Assembly (NCBI GenBank): GCA_951406725.2
Contig: OX597831.1
Coordinates: forward strand, 73,904,001-73,968,000
Direction: 5' to 3'
From: Octopus vulgaris
Taxonomy: Eukaryota
DNA: 64,000 nt
The position numbers and the translations under genes are program-made. The notes below the pieces were generated by a model. That model searched no databases, was not told where the DNA came from, and saw nothing but the letters and a program-made list of their open reading frames with translations. Below, piece by piece: positions 56,987 through 64,000 of this stretch; the first letter of the stretch is position 1; the number at the start of each line of letters is the position of its first letter.

Positions 56987-59254
56987 AAAATACAAACTGG
57001 GACAAGAACGCAAAACATTTAGAAGACGATACAAAAAACACGGACGGGACATTCGAAGCCTTCAATCTCTGTCAAGAACCGCATCATCTTCGCAATTTCG
57101 GCTGACTATATATATATTTATATATGAATGTATGCATGTATGTATGTATGTATGTATGTATGTATGTATGTATGTATGTATGTATGTATGTATGTATGCA
57201 TGTATGTATGACCACCAAGTTGTACTCGAAGGGATATTTGTCAAGACGTTTCAGATATATACTAAGTTAGAGAATCTTGAAATATATACCTGAGGTACAG
57301 ACTTCCATAGATGACTTTATGTTTTGAGTTTCAGACACTACCGTGTAATTAAGAAGCTCTCGATTTCGATTGTTCTACACCTCATGTATGTCTCTTCCAT
57401 TCCCATATCTTCAAATTTATTCTGCAGTCTTCTAACTCAGGTTTTCGATCCCTGCAATCCTCAAAGTATTTTATTCTTCAATAATTTCTTGCATCTATAC
57501 ATCCTATCCAAGTTTAACATCCAATATGTTACATACTGGATTTGTAAAAGACATGTTTTTCCCAAACGAAGGCTGTCGCACAAAACACTAGTCTTTACTC
57601 TTCTCATACCATTACTTATTTCAAAATCTATTTCTCTAACCATTTTCTTCCTTTCTTTCGCTTCTGTGTCTTTCGACTCTAATTATCGTCTCCTTCCATT
57701 ATTTATAAACCCTTTTCCATATTATTATTGCCTCTTCTCTTTATTTGCTCTCTCATACCTTGTACGATTTCTGTTATCGTCACCTCTTTATTCATTTATC
57801 TTCCGACAATTTCTTGTAAATCATTTGCTTCTTTCATTCCTTCAAATCATATTATCGTTCTCTCCTTTCCGTTTTCTTTCTCATTCGGGTTTATTATCGG
57901 CTGCTCTCTCATTGCTTTCATTTCATCTAAAGCCTATTATCGTCTGCTAATTTTATCCTCTCCAAATTCATTCAGGTCTATCGTTTGTTTCTTTTCTTTC
58001 TATCTCCTACCTTACCCAATCTTTACACTCTCTCTCTCTTTCTCCCCCCCTCTCTCGTCGGCTACTTTTCATTTTATCTCCTTCAATCTCATCCACGTTC
58101 AATTATCGTCTGCAACCTTTCATTTCCACCTTCCACTTCCTCATCCAAACCCTGTTATCATCTGCTTCCTTCAAATCTCGTCCTTCTACGTTCTTTCAAA
58201 TCTTAATATCCTTCTCCCTCTCTGTCTTCACAATTTCACCCTCATCTACGCCTTATTAACAGATGTTTCCTTCATTTCTCCGACTCCTACTTCACTCAAG
58301 GCTTTATATCTCATACGCCCTTTATATTTCCCCGCTGCACTTTCCCTTCCCCTACACACTAAGCCCTGTTACATCCCCTTCACCCTTTATTTATCGTACA
58401 CCTCCCCCACCTTAACTGCTTCATCCCGGTTTTACTATCGTCTGCTCTCCACCACATTTTACATTCTGCTGTTTCCATCTTCATCAAACCAGCCACTTCG
58501 TTACCGTCTTTTTGCCTGTCCATTCAAGCAGAATGGAAAATAATTAACGAATATCCGACATCCAATTCTCCAAAATCCAGTCAAATTTCTGTTTATTTCT
58601 TTCGATATTTATTTAATATTACTCCGCAGAAAATGATATAGAATTCCATACCCCGTTTATTATTATTATTTTTTAAAACATATTTTTTACATTTCAATAT
58701 AATGTATACAGAAAAACATGGAAATAGAATATTTTATATGAATTTTATACATGCATTACAGATTTATTATTTCAAGAATTTTTGTAATATTTCGTACAAA
58801 TACACACATACACAGATACGCACACACGGATACATACCCCCCCCCCCACATACACAACGCTGTAAACATATATTTCGGTATTTCATTTACTGCAGTTGTT
58901 CTGCAGTTTTTTTTTTTTGCCTTTTTCTTTTTTATTAAATTATATTTTTTCTGTAGATTTTAAAATCTTCTACCAGAAAATATAAATAATCTTGTTTATT
59001 TCTCTGCCTGAACTAAGGACAAAAAATTGGTAAAAACACAAAATACATGGAAACGAAGTTAGTGATATCAAGAGGTTTTCCCATATTGCTAACATGTTGA
59101 CAATTAAAGTTTTATTTTTCCTTCATTTTTTACACATTGTTATATGCAAGCATACGGCTGTCACTACACACACACGCGCAAACACGTACACACACTCACG
59201 CACACACACACACACACAGCACACCCATAGATTCTTGTGGTACGCACAGGTGCA

Positions 59255-59308
<54 letters not shown>

Positions 59309-59316
59309 TATATCTA

Positions 59317-59363
<47 letters not shown>

Positions 59364-59387
59364 ATATCTATATATGTATATGTTCTT

Positions 59388-59729
59388 TCTTCACTTATTT
59401 CAGTCATTTGACTGCGACCATGCTGGAGCACAGCCTTTATTCGAGCAAATTGACCCCAGGACTTATTCTTTGTACTTATTTTATCGGTATCTTTTGCTAA
59501 ACGCACCAACATCGGTTGTCAAGCGATGGTGGGGGGACAAACACAGACACACACACAAATATATGCATGTATATACGATCGGATTCTTTCGGTTTCCGTC
59601 TACCAGATCCACTCACAAGGCTTTGGTCGGCACGAGACTATAGTGGAAGACACTTGCCCAAGGTGCTACGCAGTGGGACTGAACCATGTGGTTGGGAAGC
59701 AAGCTTCTTACCACACAGCCACTCTTGCG

Positions 59730-59731
<2 letters not shown>
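59388..59731 (-). mobile_element. SINE family A
   Basis: Homology over nearly the full length. Confidence 0.88.
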
Positions 59732-59786
<55 letters not shown>

Positions 59787-60944
59787 AATTGCAGCGTGAA
59801 AGGTGTTTAGAAGTCATTTAAATTTAAAAACGGGAAAACACATACATATATATTAAAACTTACTTGGAAGTAGATGCACGTTTTTGTGTATGTGTGTGTG
59901 CGCGTATATGTGTGTAGGATTTTATGGGTACTGAACTCCGAGCTGCGAGAAGAATTCTTACCAACAGTTTCCATAGAAAAGTCATATTCTCTACCACATG
60001 TATTGAGCACTCTTTTCTCTTTTGTTCGACATTAAGCAACGTACACTTGTTTTTATATAAATCTATCTGCATACATACCTACATATATCTGAATATATAT
60101 ATATATATATATATATATTGTTATATTTCGGAATGGTCATATTGCCAGTTTAGCACGACTTCACATAAAAAATCTTGCACAACAAATATTTAAACGTATA
60201 TATATATATATATATATATAAAGATATATATATAATATTATATGTATACTTAATATTGTATATATATAAATATACATATACATATACTTAATATTATATA
60301 TGTATGTATATATGTTTCTCTGTGTGTCTGTCTGTCTGTATGTATGTTTGAGTGTGTTCACGCGTATTGTACATGTTTGTGTGTGTATGTGTGTGTGTGT
60401 TTATGTTCCAAGTTAATGAATAACAAGTAGACGTAGAAGTGAACCACTTTCAAGATTATTCCACTAAGGAATGGTATTGTCTGAAAGTGAAGGGAAATCG
60501 TTAAATTCGTTCAAAGTCGAAGTAACTCTAAATCAAACTGGACAATGTCCATTGAAAACTGGTTGGAGAACACCTCGTTAGAGAATGTCCGAAATCAAAG
60601 CCGATTCAAACCACATTTCCTCCCCGAATTTGCCAACAACATAATGGCGTCTGTGTGTGGTCGATGTTCTCGATTATTGATCAGACGTTAACATGTAGCA
60701 AACAGGTTTGAACTGACAAACATCTTTGTCGGTTGTAGTAGGGATGTTGCCACGAACTGGCGACATTTGTTGGAAGGCTGGAGTGTAGATGGAAGGGTGG
60801 GTGTTTGGAAGACGAGAGAGACGGGGAGAGGGAGAGAGAGAAAGAAAGAGAGAGAAAGAAAGAGAGAGAGAGAGAGAGAGAGTAAAAGAAACCCAACGTA
60901 TATATTATGTGTATATGTATAAATAATGAGAGAGTGGTATATGA

Positions 60945-60975
<31 letters not shown>

Positions 60976-61114
60976 TGCGACGTGTGTTAGAGTCAGCTTG
61001 TCTTGACGTTGTATGATGTAGAGAGAGAAGGAGGGACAGACAAAGAAGAGAGAGAGAGAAAAAGGAAGGGTGAGAAAGATCGAGTAATAAGAAGTGTGTC
61101 TTTTTTTGAGAGAG

Positions 61115-61145
<31 letters not shown>

Positions 61146-63033
61146 GGGGTGATTAAGAGTGATAGTGAGCGGAGAAGAATGAGAATATTTGAAAGAAGTT
61201 AAAAGGGAGTGAGAAAGAAAGAGAGTGGGGTGGATAAAGAAGAGAGAGGAGGGAGAGAGACAGACAGAGAAATAGCAATTGTACGTGTGTTTGAGAGAAA
61301 AAGAGAGACAGAGGAGAAAGGAGAAAGAGAGAGAGAGGGAGAGGGAGAAAAAGAAAGATAAAATGAGAGAGAGAAAGAGAGAGAGAGAGAAAGCGAGAGA
61401 GAGGAAGTGAGAGAGTGAGAGAGAGAGAGAGAGAGAGTAGATGTAGAAAAATAAAGACGTAAATAAAACAGAAAACGGATTTTTTTCTATTTAGAATTGA
61501 AAGTTCTAGAACGAATGTTTTATATCAAAGTTTACTAATGGAGACTAACTACTGCAACAACAACAACAACAACAACGACGACGACGACGACGACGACGAC
61601 GATGATGGTGACAATAACAATATCAACAACGACACTAGCGCCACCACTAACCACACCAACACGAACAACAGTGGTGACTTTGACTCCGATTTCTACACTA
61701 AAAATAATGACAACAACATGGCCGTCAACACCAATACGACAATGACCCCCCCTCCACAAACAACACTAACACCAACACCCCCACCAGCAACAGCACGTTC
61801 ACCAATAAACAACAACAACAACAACAACAGAGACCATGATGGCGACAATAACAGCAACATCAACAATAACAACTACGACGACAATAGCAAAGAGCAAATT
61901 GTTACTTTGCTATTATCTTCACAATTAGCCAGATGAAAATTATGTAAAATGAAAAAAACAAAAATCAACCATTTTGTTTTGAAACATTAATTTCTAAACA
62001 ACTCCAACGAAGTTAAGATATAAACAAACAAAAATACTGCACCAACCCACCTGCCCAAACCTTCCACCTCCATCAGATTACAGCCATTAAAGAATTACTG
62101 CTTTAATGTTTATATAATAAATAATGGAACCGAAGCAATTCGTGTAAAAGACTGCTGTCTTCTGAAGAATGGTGTGTAATATATTATCAATTATATTGAT
62201 AAAAGAAGAAAAAAATACTTAAAATAGAATTTAAAAAAAAACACACACACACAAACAGACATCGAAATAACAGAAAGTATGAGTGAAAATATAACGATAT
62301 GTGACTTGTTGTTGTTGTTTAACCCAAGGTGAGGCCTGGTTGAGTAGAATTATGATTAAATGTATCCAAGACGTGATCATCCCGTCCTTTTCGTATATAC
62401 AATGAATACAGGGCCGTATTATTCGACCTGTCCTCCACTTTTTGTTTCAATGAAAGACACCAGTGTATGATTGGACAGAGATTTAGCTGCTATTTCTTGC
62501 GGATCGAGTCATAAGTGGTTCCGGATATAGACTCGTGTAGTGATCTCAAATATGTGACCTTCACATAAACTTATATGGATATGTATGTGCACAAACAAAC
62601 AGATTCGTATGTATGTATGTATGTATGTATGCATATATATATATATATATATAGGTACACAACCAGCCAACACAAATAAGTTGGAAGAGAGAGAGAGAGA
62701 GAGAGGGAGAGAGAGGGAGAGAGAGGGAGAGAGAGAAGAAGAGAGTTTCATTTAGTAAGCGGCAACCATTAGGACGAGACTTCCAGTTTCCACATGTAAA
62801 TGTCATACGTCTCATCAGTCAACAATGATGAACACGTACATGCATACCATGCATACATGCATCTACTCACACACACACACAGATTCCAGTATGTAAGTGC
62901 TACACTGGCACTTTAGTGCCACCAATCTCACTGATATCCGAAGTAAACAATCCAGCTGGTTTATTACCAAAGATTCACTGACCAGCATATTCTAGCCGTT
63001 GGCCTATAAATACGCTGATTCTTATTTCTATCT

Positions 63034-63062
63034 TTTACTACTATTACTACTATTACTACTAT

Positions 63063-63113
<51 letters not shown>

Positions 63114-63144
63114 CACTACCACCACCACCACCACCACCACCACC

Positions 63145-63209
<65 letters not shown>

Positions 63210-63225
63210 CACTACTACTACTACT
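63034..63225. repeat. (TAC)n/(CAC)n array
   Basis: Directly visible. Confidence 0.96.
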
Positions 63226-63239
63226 TGCAACAGTATGGA

Positions 63240-64000
63240 TATAACCAAAGGATATAAAAATTATTAACAAATCGGATCCCCAATAGCTGGGTAGTCCACT
63301 CAGGGTAACTGAGGGTAAACCCAACACAGAAAGACCCGGAATACTCTGCCAGCTCCAAGGCATGGGAAATACCATCTTCCAGTTTCTTTCCTCCTACATC
63401 GAAAAACACACTCAGAGTAGATCCATTCAGCCTCTCCAGTCTTGCCACTCACACCCACCTTTCGATAAGCACATTGGAAGGCAGCACCTTCCCCTCTCCC
63501 CCAACCTTCCTCTTCGAAGGATATTTGAAGAAACCGATGAGGGTTTGGTTAGATAGGAATCTTCAAACCTTTCTGACTGGTCCACCACACAGCTTCTTTC
63601 ACCACAGCCACTAAGCAGAGAAAGATCCGACTCCTTACTCTGCCAAAAGAAGCTGGCGTGCAGATCTTCCCTATACACTCGGCGGACAGCCGCGTCTGTC
63701 TTATATGAGGCCAGTAGCTGCTCAACACAAACCTACAAATTGCAATGTATGGACACTGAAAGGATTCTTCCCCGCTAAATACATCCCGAACGGGTTCAAC
63801 TGTTGGGTCATCCATGCCCGAAGAGATTGTCACCAGCTGTTGCACTACCATGTCAAGGAGTTATGGAAGTTGTCTAAGGTTTTCCACCTGAAAGTACTCC
63901 AGAAGAGGCAACACAGACTGAGGTGGGATGGATGAGGTAGCGAACCTTGTTCCTGTGGTAACAGGTGTACAGAGTACAGCATCCAAATAAGTGGAAGAAT
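63240..64000 (-). mobile_element. Probable L1/Tx1-clade LINE ORF2 C-terminus and 3' UTR, frameshifted
   Basis: Broken frames giving LDNFHNSLTW, FQCP and RLSAECIGKI...IFLCLVAVVKEAVWWT..KGLK resemble post-RT regions of Tx1-like LINEs (from recall). Confidence 0.55.

Overview
AT-rich, microsatellite-saturated eukaryotic DNA with no recognisable host gene. The SINE families suggest an octopus genome (inference). Nearly all listed ORFs are simple-repeat artefacts. Real content: two decayed mariner transposons, about 20 tRNA-derived SINE copies or fragments from several families, RTE and probable L1/Tx1 LINE remnants, and two Penelope-like element (PLE) GIY-YIG endonuclease remnants. The main hidden signal is a set of at least 12 type-I minimal hammerhead-ribozyme (HHR) motifs. 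Five have an unmodified CUGANGA/GAAA core, two carry a CCGACGA variant and five are decayed. They lie mostly in short non-coding elements of several unrelated families sitting in or next to (TA)n tracts, some with partial direct or inverted end duplications; one forms a 399-nt partial tandem. This matches PLE pseudo-LTRs or non-autonomous retrozymes. Also seen: several large fold-back palindromes and YY1-like motifs in many unique-sequence islands. All structures were read by eye; nothing was computed or searched.
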